Shown one piece after another: positions 1-9,764 of a DNA stretch of 64,000 nt; position 1 is the stretch's first letter; the number at the start of each line of letters is the position of its first letter. The position numbers and the translations under genes are program-made. Source of the DNA: Bacteroidaceae bacterium (GTDB lineage: Bacteria > Bacteroidota > Bacteroidia > Bacteroidales > Bacteroidaceae); the NCBI GenBank assembly GCA_045643405.1, contig JAZUKS010000084.1:1299-65298 (forward strand). Reading direction: 5' to 3'. Below the pieces are notes generated by a model that was not told the DNA's origin, did not search any database, and saw only the letters and a list, made by a program, of their open reading frames with translations.

Positions 1-501
1 GGTAGGACCAATACTGATGCAATGCTGCAAGGTGGGGCAGTAAGCACGAGCACGGATAACATTGCGCAATACAGGTTGGTCGCCTACTGCAACAATAGCC
101 TTGATTTCGGCAGCATGGCAACGATATACAATATCCTTATCGGTAAGCAAGTGAGTAGCGGGAATGGCTACAGCACCTATCTTGTGCAATGCTACCATAG
201 TAATCCACCACTCTATTCGGCGCTTGAGAATCAACATGACGCAATCGCCACGACTGATTCCTAAACTCATGAAGAAACTGGCAGCATTGTCGCTGAAAGC
301 CTTCAACTCTGCATAGTTAATATGGCGGACGTTGCCTCGCTCGTTAGTCCAAAGTATGGCCTCACGCTCGGGATCTTCTGCTGCATAAGCATCAACAATG
401 TCGTATGCAAAGTTAAAATCGTCGGGGACATTAACCTTAAAATTCTGCATAAAGTCCTCGTATGATGAGAACTCCATTTGAGGTACATATTTGCGTATCA
501 T
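1..501 (-). CDS. AMP-dependent synthetase/ligase (acyl-CoA synthetase family), N-terminal 167 codons; the 3' end lies beyond the window
   Basis: Absent from the supplied ORF track because it has no stop in the window. Reading the reverse complement from the ATG at 499-501 is open to position 1: MIRKYVPQMEFSSYEDFMQNFKVNVPDDFNFAYDIVDAYAAEDPEREAILWTNERGNVRHINYAELKAFSDNAASFFMSLGISRGDCVMLILKRRIEWWITMVALHKIGAVAIPATHLL. This is the typical N-terminal layout of AMP-binding ligases. Confidence 0.7.
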   Translation of the reverse strand, partial: MIRKYVPQMEFSSYEDFMQNFKVNVPDDFNFAYDIVDAYAAEDPEREAILWTNERGNVRHINYAELKAFSDNAASFFMSLGISRGDCVMLILKRRIEWWITMVALHKIGAVAIPATHLLTDKDIVYRCHAAEIKAIVAVGDQPVLRNVIRARAYCPTLQHCISIGPT

Positions 502-758
502 TTTGCACTTTTATTTTTTTTCATTTGCAACAAACTAATCATTTCATAGTCGATTTAGTTCGGTTATATCAGATTTATGAAAATCGTGAAAACCGGATGC
601 AAAAGTACTTAAAAAATATCATCTTGGCATCTATTTTTTGCCATAACTATCGAAAATGACCATTATTGCCACAAAAATAGGGTAAAACTGGCTAATTATT
701 TTGTTGCAAAAATAACAATGCATTTTGAGGAAAGTATGTCGCGAAACACACGAAACGT

Positions 759-795
759 TAAATAGTGTTACGTGCGAGCACTAAATAGTGTTACG
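759..795. repeat. Direct repeat TAAATAGTGTTACG x2 (759-772, 782-795; period 23)
   Basis: Exact 14-nt duplication read directly in the spacer between the nahK-like gene and the acyl-CoA ligase gene. Confidence 0.8.
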
Positions 796-804
796 CATGA
801 ACAC

Positions 805-835
805 GGAAAAAGGCTCCCAAAGGAAGCCTTTTTCC
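805..835. terminator. Hairpin terminator downstream of the nahK-like gene
   Basis: GGAAAAAGGCT-cccaaagga-AGCCTTTTTCC. Perfect 11-bp stem whose A/T runs lie inside the arms. Lies 50 nt past the stop at 885. Confidence 0.55.
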
Positions 836-884
836 GGTATTGTGAGGTTCTGGAGCAGACGTTCAGAACAAAGAAACAGTCCCA

Positions 885-1988
885 TTATGCCATTTGCTCG
901 GCAATGAAATTCTTCATCTCATCGTAGTGACTTTCGATGCTGAGAAGAAGATGCAATTGGTTATTGGCACGAGTAAAATTATGGGTGGGGTACTTTACTT
1001 TCCAGTATTTGTCGCCATTGAGGTAGTCCCACAAGAAGCGCACACACTGCATATAGGGGAAGAGTGCAGTGGCATAGGGAAGGTTTTCTATTTCGACTGG
1101 CAAGAGGAAACTCTTTGCACTGGCAAGATACCCTTCTGTAAATGCCTTGAAGATATCAATATCAAACTGTACTTCGTTCATTTCAGGATGGTCTTCTGCC
1201 ACCTTATTGGCTCCTGTACGCAAGAAGTCACCATAGTCCGAGAAGATGAAATTGGGCATCACGGTATCGAGGTCGATGACACAAAGCACGTTGTCGTTGT
1301 CATCGAACATCATATTATTGACTTTCGTGTCGCAATGACAAACACGCTTGGGAAGCGTACCTTCGCGCCCCATACGTTCTGCTTTACACATTTCTTCCGC
1401 GCGCTTTTCTATCTCTGCCACCATAGCTTTGACCTGAGGTTCGTCTGCACGACCGGCAAGATTATCCCTGAGGGCTTGGTGCAACTGCTCCAGACGGAAC
1501 TCCATGTTGTGGAAGTCCTTGATGGTTTCACCCAATTCTACGGGAATGTCAGCGAGCATAGCCTGGAAGTTGCCGAATGCCTTACCAGCAGCACGACTGG
1601 ACTCTGGATTGACGGCTTGCTTGGTGATGGCATTGGGAATGAACACCATCATACGCCAATGACCGCCATTAGTCTGGTTGGCATCCACCTCAACATATAG
1701 CTTCTCTTCATTGTCCTTGGCGGACACGAAGTTCAAAACCTTGCGGTCGATGTCATCTTCACCCTTTGCCTCGAGTTTTTGACGGATATGACCAGTTACT
1801 GCTCGGATATTACGCATCACCATGTCTACATCGGGAAAGACATGCGTATTGACACGTTGCAAGACGTAGTCGGGAGCATCCGATTCCTCGGTAATAACCT
1901 TATAAGTATCGTTGATGAGACCTTCGCCCAATGGCTTAATCTCCTTTACGGTGCCTCGAATGGCAAATTGTGAAACGATGTTTTTCAT
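885..1988 (-). CDS. nahK: N-acetylhexosamine 1-kinase-like phosphotransferase (APH/choline-kinase fold)
   Basis: 367 aa. Collinear with my memory of Bifidobacterium NahK/LnpB. Shared features are an N-terminal FAIRGTV.EIKPLGEGLINDTY, RVCHCDTKVNNMMFD (catalytic HxDxxxxN), VIDLDTVMPN (DxD metal site) and a C-terminal KYPTHNFTRANNQL. Confidence 0.7.
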   Translation of the reverse strand: MKNIVSQFAIRGTVKEIKPLGEGLINDTYKVITEESDAPDYVLQRVNTHVFPDVDMVMRNIRAVTGHIRQKLEAKGEDDIDRKVLNFVSAKDNEEKLYVEVDANQTNGGHWRMMVFIPNAITKQAVNPESSRAAGKAFGNFQAMLADIPVELGETIKDFHNMEFRLEQLHQALRDNLAGRADEPQVKAMVAEIEKRAEEMCKAERMGREGTLPKRVCHCDTKVNNMMFDDNDNVLCVIDLDTVMPNFIFSDYGDFLRTGANKVAEDHPEMNEVQFDIDIFKAFTEGYLASAKSFLLPVEIENLPYATALFPYMQCVRFLWDYLNGDKYWKVKYPTHNFTRANNQLHLLLSIESHYDEMKNFIAEQMA

Positions 1989-2151
1989 GTCTATTTTATC
2001 TTTTTGATATTTTTTATGGCTATTTTATTATTATATTATGAGAGGGGCATTCTCTGTGAAGTAAAGCAACATCCACATTTCTGAACCCAATACCGCCGAA
2101 GAAACCCAAAACATACCAGAAGTGCACCTTACGTTTCTTTTTCCTCCGCCA

Positions 2152-2247
2152 GTTCCGGAGAGTTTCAGTATAGACTAAAACTTACGCCGAACTCTGCAAT
2201 GCTCGTGCGTGGATTCTGTTCCGGAGAGTTTCAGTATAGACTATAAC
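2152..2247. repeat. Two 30-nt direct repeats separated by 36 nt (CRISPR-like geometry, only two units)
   Basis: GTTCCGGAGAGTTTCAGTATAGACTAAAAC (2152-2181) and GTTCCGGAGAGTTTCAGTATAGACTATAAC (2218-2247). 29/30 identical, period 66. No third unit and no cas genes in the window. Confidence 0.6.
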
Positions 2248-2300
2248 CTCTGTCGGCAGGAAGCCTCAGCGCAATAGAACTCACTACTACCACCACGAGG

Positions 2301-5186
2301 CTATTCGTAGTATCCATTCAGCAAGTCGCCCTTGAGTGTCATGCCCTGGGCATCAACCACGATTTGCGTCTGCTTGCTGTTATTGTAGAACTGGATGCTA
2401 GCCTTGCCCTCCTTGTCGAGTTGCAGATAGGGGTTCCAATAGAGCGTGCGACGATAGTCTTTGACTGTAGGCAAAGGACGCTTACTATAATTGGGATGGT
2501 AGAAGTCGGCACACTCAGAGTAGCCAGAGAGCACATAACGACGGTCACGATAGGTCATACGCTTGCTGTTGTCCTCGAAGACGTGCAGGTCGACGGTAAC
2601 GGGTGGCTGGTTGCCGCCCTCGAAACGATGAGAACCCTCAAGGCGTGGCGAGTAGTCGGTGTAGATGTATACCTTGTCAAGGTTGGGCAGGTGGCAGTAT
2701 TCGTATTGCTGGCTGGGGGATTTAAAGAAGGTTTCGTTCTTTCCGTTCCATCGGCGTTCCAACTCGTAGGAACGCGCAATGCCCATCTCGCCTATATAGT
2801 TGCGGGCCAAGTTGAGAGCGAAGGACTGAAAACCTGTGTAGACGCCCGGACAGAAACCAGCATCACATACCTCGTTGAAGGCCTCGTAGGCATCCACCAC
2901 AAAGGCAGGTTTTGCCGATGAGAAACCACGTCGGCCGTTATGGCGCGCTCCGATGGTGACTTGGTCGAGGGTACGTACCTTGGCGTCGTCAACGGTATAG
3001 CGCTTGTGTTTATCACTTCGTTGCAGGTTGAAATTGTTGTTCTGGTAGTAGGTGTAGGGCTTGGGGAATCGGGGATAGATGTGGTTCAGTTTGATGTAGA
3101 ACTCAGGAACCTCCAGCTCATCCCTCTTGTTTTCGCTACTCTGCACCCATGCGTGGTCCTGAGACTTCCATTTTGTGGTGTCAGAGGCGCTGAGGAAGAA
3201 GTATACATGGTTCCCGAATCCAGGCACCTCGATGCGGAACTTACCGCCATTGCTTGTCTGCATATCGCCTATGGCAATGTCGGGCTTGGCATCGCTGTAG
3301 GGCAGAACAAACTCGGCATGCAACTGCATCTCCTGACTGATGGGAGTGGCACTCTGCAAAAAGGTGTGATCGTTGTGACTGGAGACAAAATAGATGGACT
3401 CGAAACCACTTATTCGGGCGTTGCTGAACTTTTGGAATTGTCCGGAATAGTAAAACTTAGGGTCTTTGGTGCTGCCGATGATATAAACCTCGGTGCTGTC
3501 GGCCGGTTGTCGCAGACGTAGTACCTCTTCAAGAAGCGGACCGCTGGAACCTCCGCTGACAATGCCACCTTTGTCCACATTGCGGAAGAGGTCCTTATGG
3601 TTGTCCCCTGTTTGTACATAATAGTAATCCTCCACGTCATCTGCCGTGTACTTGTAGAGTTGGCCGTTGAGTATCTGTGTCTTTTCGTAAGGGTGCGTCA
3701 GCGTAAAAGCCTTGGGTGTGGCCATGGTTACCCAGTCATACCGGCGCCATCCCTGCACCATGAGCAGAAGGTCAAGAGCGCGTCGGTGTTCTTGGTCGTC
3801 ACTCTCGAAGAAGTATTCGGGTTGCTCCACAAATCCCTTTATCTGACTGGCCAAGAGCATCTCGGTGAGGATGTTGCCCGAGTCAAATGTATAGTCGGTG
3901 TGGGCAGCATCGCGAACCGCCACGGAGAGGATGCCAGAGGGCTTTCCCTGCAATTGGATTTCGATGGGTGCAAAGGCTTGGTAACCATTCTCGTTGATAC
4001 CATCGAGGGCAATGTTCTGAGCCTGGAAGTCGGGTTGGCGTACAAAGACCATTCGATCGGCATAGACACGTCCCTCGCTGTTGAAAATGGTTATCTGGGC
4101 AATGCCAGTGGGCAGTTTAGTCAATGGAATGTCCAACTGAGCGGTTGTGCTGGTCAGCTTCTGGTACTCCTGCTGAACACCATGTTCCATGATGGTCAGA
4201 CCTAACTGTTGTTGTGTTGCCACACCGGCAGCCTGGATGTCGAGATGAAGGGATTGGTCAGTAAGGTCTGCCTTTAAGCGTACGCCATCGGCCACAATCT
4301 TGGGCAGATTGACCTTTTTTGAGTGGTTGTCCCAGTTGAAAGTGGCCTTGTACTTCTCGCCAGACTTGCAAGGCAGGTCGAATGTTCCGCGTCCACGACT
4401 CTCGGTTGAAGCTGTGGCTACGGTGTTGCCGTTACTGTCGGTCACGGTGAGCGTTCCCTTCAGATGCTTGCCCTCCTCGTTGTTGGCCTCAAAGGCTACT
4501 CGGCAGGTGGTGCCTTCAACCAGCGAACCTCCCTCGGGGAAGAAGGTTACCTCGGCTTCAGGTTCACTATTGTCTGCCTTGAAGTAGCGTTGCAAGGGAC
4601 GTGTGGTCATGTCCTGATAGTATTCACCTTGCTTCTGGGGTTTGTCGTAGACGGGGAATACACGACTGTAAATCTTGTCATAGTCGCGAAAGTACTGCTT
4701 GGACATTTCCTTGTTGAGGAACCATTTTTCCACAAATGCGGAGTGGGCATGCTCGTACTCGCCCCAGTTGAGTTGCCATCGCGTATAGGCTCGCAACTCG
4801 TAGAATCCGCCATAAATGGTATCAGGGAGAGCTATTGAACCAGCTCCTTGTCCATACTCCATCTTCACCTTCTGTCGTTCCACCAGGTAGCCGTCCTGAT
4901 TGAGCAATTCCACATAGAGCAGACCGCTCAGTCCGCTGGGCAAACCGTTGTCACTACGACGCAGGTAGGCCTTGTAGAAGATGGTGTCACCCAGAAAGTA
5001 GCAGGTGTTGTCCATATGAACGAATACCTCCTCCTGTGGCACCGTCTTGCCAAATTTCTCAATGCGTGTAGCGAACTCATCGAGGCTTTGTGCACGGGTG
5101 AAGAGGCATACAAATAAAAGGAGTAGGACGAGCATTTTTGCTCGTCCTGCCATTATTATTTCCACGTATCTACTTTCTGATTTCAT
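2301..5186 (-). CDS. Large secreted protein with an MG2 (alpha-2-macroglobulin-like) N-terminal domain; function unknown
   Basis: 961-aa ORF. The more likely start is M12 at 5153, giving the signal peptide MAGRAKMLVLLLLFVCLFTRAQS. The segment VFVHMDNTCYFLGDTIFYKAYL...LLYVELLNQDGYLVERQKVKMEYGQGAGSIALPDTIYGGFYELRAY matches the MG2-domain pattern. Confidence 0.55.
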   Translation of the reverse strand: MKSESRYVEIIMAGRAKMLVLLLLFVCLFTRAQSLDEFATRIEKFGKTVPQEEVFVHMDNTCYFLGDTIFYKAYLRRSDNGLPSGLSGLLYVELLNQDGYLVERQKVKMEYGQGAGSIALPDTIYGGFYELRAYTRWQLNWGEYEHAHSAFVEKWFLNKEMSKQYFRDYDKIYSRVFPVYDKPQKQGEYYQDMTTRPLQRYFKADNSEPEAEVTFFPEGGSLVEGTTCRVAFEANNEEGKHLKGTLTVTDSNGNTVATASTESRGRGTFDLPCKSGEKYKATFNWDNHSKKVNLPKIVADGVRLKADLTDQSLHLDIQAAGVATQQQLGLTIMEHGVQQEYQKLTSTTAQLDIPLTKLPTGIAQITIFNSEGRVYADRMVFVRQPDFQAQNIALDGINENGYQAFAPIEIQLQGKPSGILSVAVRDAAHTDYTFDSGNILTEMLLASQIKGFVEQPEYFFESDDQEHRRALDLLLMVQGWRRYDWVTMATPKAFTLTHPYEKTQILNGQLYKYTADDVEDYYYVQTGDNHKDLFRNVDKGGIVSGGSSGPLLEEVLRLRQPADSTEVYIIGSTKDPKFYYSGQFQKFSNARISGFESIYFVSSHNDHTFLQSATPISQEMQLHAEFVLPYSDAKPDIAIGDMQTSNGGKFRIEVPGFGNHVYFFLSASDTTKWKSQDHAWVQSSENKRDELEVPEFYIKLNHIYPRFPKPYTYYQNNNFNLQRSDKHKRYTVDDAKVRTLDQVTIGARHNGRRGFSSAKPAFVVDAYEAFNEVCDAGFCPGVYTGFQSFALNLARNYIGEMGIARSYELERRWNGKNETFFKSPSQQYEYCHLPNLDKVYIYTDYSPRLEGSHRFEGGNQPPVTVDLHVFEDNSKRMTYRDRRYVLSGYSECADFYHPNYSKRPLPTVKDYRRTLYWNPYLQLDKEGKASIQFYNNSKQTQIVVDAQGMTLKGDLLNGYYE

Positions 5187-5207
5187 TATCGATTTATCTT
5201 GCTGGAC

Positions 5208-6203
5208 TTAGTACTGTTCCAAGTAGGCAATTCTACTCTCGGTGCTGGGATGCGTGCTGAACATATTGCTGAACCATTGCGAAACGCCTCCGGCCAGGGC
5301 TTGTGGATGCACGATGTAAAGCTGTGCAATGTCCTCACGACCATTGGGAGCAGCCGCAGGCATGCCCGAAATCTTGCGCAAGGCAGAAGCCAACGCCAAA
5401 GGGTTGCCACAGAGTTCTGCACCACCGGCATCGGCCATATACTCGCGCTTGCGACTGATGGCAAAACGAGTCATGATGGTAAAGAAATAACCCAAGGCAG
5501 CCAAAACAGCGGCAACTATCATAGCTACAAGAACACCACCTCCGTTCTCCTTCTTATTGTTGCGTCGGGAACTACCACTGCCACCAAAAAGCAGGGTATT
5601 CCAAAGCAAACGTAAGACGATAGACATCAAGGTGCTCATGATGCCCACAAAGATGATGCTGACAATGAGCAGTCGGGTATCCTTGTTGCGGATGTGTGTC
5701 AACTCATGACCAATGACACCTGCCAGTTCGTCGTCATCCAGCATATTCATCAGTCCTGTGGTTACGGTCACCGTATAACTCTTGTTGTCAATGCCACTGG
5801 CAAAGGCATTCAGTTCGTTGGTGTTCATGATGTTAATCTTGGGCATGGGCATACCACAAGTCATGGTGAGGTTCTCCACGATGTTGTACAGACGTGGATT
5901 CTCCTTACGCGTCACCTCATGGGCACCGGTTGACTGACGAATCATAGCCGTATTGCAGAAGTAGGCGATGACAAACCAAACGCTTACGCCACCAACCACC
6001 CAAGGCAACACTTGAATAAATTGGTCATTAACTGCGTCTATACCGCCACCGTTAGCATAACCATCGCTCCCCTCAGCAAGCATATCCATCACGAAGAAGA
6101 AGATATAGACCAAAGCCAGGATGATACAAGGGAACATGATAAGCAACAGCAGGGACTTCCTGTTGTTGCTTGCCTGTTGTGTATATATTCCTACGTATTT
6201 CAT
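5208..6203 (-). CDS. M48-family zinc metalloprotease (HtpX-like), membrane-bound
   Basis: 331 aa with HEXXH in GVIGHELTHIRNKD. Has several hydrophobic segments and sits next to lemA, a frequent pairing. Confidence 0.85.
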   Translation of the reverse strand: MKYVGIYTQQASNNRKSLLLLIMFPCIILALVYIFFFVMDMLAEGSDGYANGGGIDAVNDQFIQVLPWVVGGVSVWFVIAYFCNTAMIRQSTGAHEVTRKENPRLYNIVENLTMTCGMPMPKINIMNTNELNAFASGIDNKSYTVTVTTGLMNMLDDDELAGVIGHELTHIRNKDTRLLIVSIIFVGIMSTLMSIVLRLLWNTLLFGGSGSSRRNNKKENGGGVLVAMIVAAVLAALGYFFTIMTRFAISRKREYMADAGGAELCGNPLALASALRKISGMPAAAPNGREDIAQLYIVHPQALAGGVSQWFSNMFSTHPSTESRIAYLEQY

Positions 6204-6350
6204 TTACAATTCGTTATAGATTAAAACTGACGGTTGTTCATATAACAGGGATTGATTCTCCTCCATGGAGAGTGCATCGATCTAAAAGAACAAGCACTCA
6301 ACCCAAGGCATCTAATCAGTCTGCAACCGCCATTCTACAACCTTAATATA

Positions 6351-6917
6351 TTAGAACTTGATCTCGGGAGCCTTATCCATAGCAGCACGCTGCTCGGTAG
6401 GAATCTCGAACATAGGCTCGGTGTGGAAACCGAATGTGCCAGCCAGCAGGTTAGCGGGGAAACTCTGAACTGCAGTGTTGAGTTCACGAGTAGCGCTGTT
6501 GAAGAAACGACGGGTTGCAGCCAACTTGTTCTCGATGTCGCTGATCTCGCCCTGCAACTGCATGAAGTTGGCATTAGCCTTCAAGTCGGGATATGCCTCA
6601 ACAGCAACCTTCAAACCAGAAAGAGCGCTGCTCAATGCATTGTCGGCCTGAATCTTATCGTTGATGCTACCTGCATTCATAGCAGCAGAACGGGCTGCGG
6701 TAACCTTCTCCAACAATTCCTTCTCGTGAGTAGCATAACCCTTTACGGTGGCTACCAACTGAGGGATAAGGTCATAACGCTGCTTCAACTGAACGTCGAT
6801 GTTAGCAAAAGCGTTTTCACGATTGTTACGACGGTTTACCAAACCATTGTAGATGCTAATAACCCAGATTACGATAATTGCTACCACTGCGATAGCGATA
6901 ATAACTCCTGTACTCAT
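6351..6917 (-). CDS. lemA: LemA family protein
   Basis: 188 aa. N-terminal TM helix followed by YNGLVNRRNNRENAFANIDVQLKQRYDLIPQLV and ...FNSATRELNTAVQSFPANLLA, which is diagnostic LemA sequence. Confidence 0.9.
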   Translation of the reverse strand: MSTGVIIAIAVVAIIVIWVISIYNGLVNRRNNRENAFANIDVQLKQRYDLIPQLVATVKGYATHEKELLEKVTAARSAAMNAGSINDKIQADNALSSALSGLKVAVEAYPDLKANANFMQLQGEISDIENKLAATRRFFNSATRELNTAVQSFPANLLAGTFGFHTEPMFEIPTEQRAAMDKAPEIKF

Positions 6918-7017
6918 TTTGTTTTTTAATTTTTAAATGGTTAATATTTGTGACTTGTTTTTGTTTGCTTTAGCGGTTTCCACGAAGGATTGGCTTAATA
7001 GCAGAGCAGTTTCCTTG

Positions 7018-7025
7018 CAAAGATA
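7018..7025 (-). promoter_or_regulatory. Candidate Bacteroidetes -7 box (TAtcTTTG on the minus strand) for lemA-M48
   Basis: Plus strand reads CAAAGATA, about 100 nt upstream of the lemA ATG. The motif is short, so this is weak evidence alone. Confidence 0.35.
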
Positions 7026-7121
7026 CATTTTTTATTAGATGTAAACAAACTAATGCTCTCTTTTTTCTTCGTTTTCAGTTTTTTTAAGTTTCTAATGACC
7101 TGTATTCTTAAAAAATATTAC

Positions 7122-7129
7122 TAATTTTG
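7122..7129 (+). promoter_or_regulatory. Candidate -7 box TAatTTTG
   Basis: TAATTTTG followed by CA, 37 nt upstream of the ATG at 7166. It overlaps the TTG at 7127 that the ORF track uses as the start. Confidence 0.5.
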
Positions 7130-7165
7130 CAAAGATTTAACGATTTATACCTAATTTATACAAAC

Positions 7166-9526
7166 ATGAAAAGAAATTTTGTTTCAAAGTTCCTTCGTGG
7201 ATTCTTCATGCTGGCTTTTGCCTTTGGTTTCTTTGGCAGCACACCAGCATCAGCAGGACTATTCAAGAAAAAGAAGAAAGCAAAAACTGCACAGCAGACT
7301 CCCCAACCTAAACCCCAGCCCAAAGCCACCGTTGACCGCAACGGACTGTTTCACGTCACCAAGGTCAAGGAGGACTGGTTCTTTGAGATACCCGATTCAT
7401 TGATGGGTCGCGACTTCCTCACTACCACCCGTTTCACCTCAGCCCCCGCTGGCAGCGGTCAGTTTGGCGGTGAGCAGGTCAACGAGCAAACCGTATACTT
7501 TGAGATGGTGGCCGACAGCCAGATTGTGATGCGTGCCCGTCTGCTCGTCAACTATGCAGACTCTACCCAGCAAATCAACAAGGCTATCATCGTAAGCAAC
7601 GAGAACCCCATCATCGGTACGTTCAAGATTGAGAAGCGCGAGAAGAACAGTTTCAAGATCAAGGTAAAGCAGTTCTTCAACGAGGACAATCCTGCCATTG
7701 GCGTACCTCAGAATGCCAAGAAGCAGTTCAACCTCACCGGTATGGCAGGCAGTTACATCGAGGATATCAAGTCGTTCCCCACCAACACCGAGGTACGCAT
7801 GGTCAAGACCTATGGTTCTACCAGCACATCCTTACCTGCAGCCCGTGCTACCGGCAAGGTGACCATCGGACTGAACGTATCATTCGTATTGTTGCCCGAA
7901 GTGCCCATGATGCCTCGCTACTACGACCCACGCATCGGTTACTTCACTCACGACTACAATACATACAACGATGACCAGCAGCGTGTTAAGTCGGTTCGCT
8001 ACATTGCACGCTATCGTCTGGAACCCCGTCCTGAGGACGTTGAGAAGATGCGCCGTGGCGAACTCGTTGAACCTCAGAAGCCCATCGTTTACTACATCGA
8101 CCCCGCTACTCCCAAGCAGTGGCGCAAGTACCTTATCCAGGGTGTCAACGACTGGCAGAAAGCCTTCGAGCAGGCTGGTTTCAAGAATGCCATCCGTGGC
8201 GAGGAATGGCCCGAGGATTCTACCATGAGCATGGAAGATGCTCGTTACTGCGTCATCCGCTACCTGGCTTCTCCCATTGCCAATGCATACGGTCCTCACG
8301 TGAGCGACCCCCGAAGCGGTGAGATTATCGAGAGCCACATTTGCTGGTACCACAATGTTATGTCGTTGGTGCACGATTGGTATATGGTTCAGGCTTCAAG
8401 CATTGACGAGGCTGCCCGCAAGATGCACTATGACGAGGAACTGATGGGACAGCTCATCCGTTTCGTGTCTTCTCACGAGGTAGGTCACTCACTCGGTTTG
8501 CGTCACAACTTCGGTTCTTCCAGCACCGTACCCGTTGACTCATTGCGCAACAAGGCATGGGTCGAGAAGTACGGTCACACGCCCAGTATCATGGACTACG
8601 CTCGTTTCAACTACGTGGCACAACCCGAGGACGGCATCTCTCAGGCAGGCATCTTCCCCCGCATCAACGACTACGATATGTGGGCCATCCAGTGGGGTTA
8701 TTCGCCCATGTTCGGCGCCAAGAACGCTGACGAGGACCACAAGCAACTGGAAAGCCTCATCGGCGATCGTCTGAAGAACAACAGGCGCCTGTGGTGGGGT
8801 GATGGCGAAGGCTATCGCAACGACCCTCGCCGTCAGACCGAGGACTTGGGTGATGATGCAGTCAAGGCAAGCGAGTATGGTATCAAGAACCTGAAGCGCG
8901 AGATTGTGAAACTGCCCGAGTGGACCAAGGACGAGTCGGACCTCTACGATGATAACGTGAGCACTATGTGGTCGCAGATCTGCAATCAGTTCATTCGTTA
9001 CAACAACCATGTCATTGGCAATATCGGTGGAACCTTGATGAACTACAAGACCGCTGATGAACCTGGTGACGTCTATGCTCCCCAGCCACGTGCCAAGCAG
9101 TTGGCTGCACTCGAGTACGTTAAGCGCAACATCATCAACGAACCTACCTGGTTGCGCGATGTAAGCTATGCTAAACGCATTACTTCCGATCCTCAACAGC
9201 TCACCATCAGCATTGCCAACAACGCCGTAAGCAACTTGATGAATCGTGTCAACTATCTCAACGATACCTACACCGTAGAGGAGTATCTCAACGACCTTAC
9301 CAAGATGATTGTACCCTCAACGGCCAAGCCCGACCGTTATCACGAGGCAATGCAGTCGGCTTATGTTGAGTCGCTTATCAGTATCTTCAAGACTACCGGT
9401 TCTACCACTCGACGTGCAGCTGCGCTATCTGTGCTCAAGCAACTTAAGACAAAGACCGCAGCCAGCACCGTTGCACACTTCCAGAACATGAACGACCTCA
9501 TCAGTCGTGCGCTGGTAATAAAATAG
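7166..9526 (+). CDS. Secreted zinc-dependent metalloprotease (metzincin-like HEXXHXXGXXH)
   Basis: ORF track 7127..9526. I prefer the ATG at 7166 (MKRNFVSKFLRGFFMLAFAFGFFGSTPASA signal peptide). Zinc site is SSHEVGHSLGLRHNFGSS. Confidence 0.8.
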   Translation: MKRNFVSKFLRGFFMLAFAFGFFGSTPASAGLFKKKKKAKTAQQTPQPKPQPKATVDRNGLFHVTKVKEDWFFEIPDSLMGRDFLTTTRFTSAPAGSGQFGGEQVNEQTVYFEMVADSQIVMRARLLVNYADSTQQINKAIIVSNENPIIGTFKIEKREKNSFKIKVKQFFNEDNPAIGVPQNAKKQFNLTGMAGSYIEDIKSFPTNTEVRMVKTYGSTSTSLPAARATGKVTIGLNVSFVLLPEVPMMPRYYDPRIGYFTHDYNTYNDDQQRVKSVRYIARYRLEPRPEDVEKMRRGELVEPQKPIVYYIDPATPKQWRKYLIQGVNDWQKAFEQAGFKNAIRGEEWPEDSTMSMEDARYCVIRYLASPIANAYGPHVSDPRSGEIIESHICWYHNVMSLVHDWYMVQASSIDEAARKMHYDEELMGQLIRFVSSHEVGHSLGLRHNFGSSSTVPVDSLRNKAWVEKYGHTPSIMDYARFNYVAQPEDGISQAGIFPRINDYDMWAIQWGYSPMFGAKNADEDHKQLESLIGDRLKNNRRLWWGDGEGYRNDPRRQTEDLGDDAVKASEYGIKNLKREIVKLPEWTKDESDLYDDNVSTMWSQICNQFIRYNNHVIGNIGGTLMNYKTADEPGDVYAPQPRAKQLAALEYVKRNIINEPTWLRDVSYAKRITSDPQQLTISIANNAVSNLMNRVNYLNDTYTVEEYLNDLTKMIVPSTAKPDRYHEAMQSAYVESLISIFKTTGSTTRRAAALSVLKQLKTKTAASTVAHFQNMNDLISRALVIK

Positions 9527-9629
9527 TTCAGAGTTCAGAGTTCAGAGTTTAGAGTTTAGAGACTATACCCAACGTTCTGAACTTAGAGCTTAGAGTTTAG
9601 GGACTATAACCAATGCTCAGAGCTTAGAG
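9526..9629. repeat. Heptamer tandem array GTTYAGA x5 (9526-9560), then dispersed CTTAGAG/TTTAGGG units and a 24-nt duplication
   Basis: GTTCAGA GTTCAGA GTTCAGA GTTTAGA GTTTAGA begins at the last base of the stop codon. AGAGTTTAGAGACTATACCCAACG (9551-9574) recurs as AGAGTTTAGGGACTATAACCAATG (9592-9615). Related GAACTCA GAACTCA units lie at 9729-9742. Confidence 0.9.
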
Positions 9630-9764
9630 ACTCCATATCTGATTTACTTGAACACAAAGACGCAGAGTCTTTAATAGCCCATAGAGCCGAAAAGACTATC
9701 TTTGCGTTGAATTACAAGCAACAGGGCTGAACTCAGAACTCAGAGTTTAACGTCAGTTGAGCGG

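Noticed and set aside
22-264. 80-aa plus-strand ORF at the left edge, and the 303..488 minus-strand ORF.
   Set aside because: The region is better explained by one minus-strand AMP-binding ligase reading frame (1..501) that is open across the whole stretch and has family-typical sequence. The listed ORFs are in other frames or on the other strand.
600-714. Several additional CAAAnnTA / TAnnTTTG matches in AT-rich spacers (for example 600-607, 672-679, 707-714), considered as promoters.
   Set aside because: The motif has only six fixed positions and is expected by chance in AT-rich intergenic DNA. Only boxes at a sensible distance from a supported start codon were kept, and those at modest confidence.
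2152-2247. Annotating the 30-36-30 repeat pair as a bona fide CRISPR array.
   Set aside because: There are only two units, no cas genes in 64 kb, and no third degenerate repeat at the expected 66-nt phase. It is kept as a repeat feature and a low-interest finding only.
7127-7165. TTG start proposed by the ORF track for the metalloprotease.
   Set aside because: The TTG sits inside the TAATTTTGCA promoter box. The ATG at 7166 gives a normal signal peptide (MKRNFVSKFL...).
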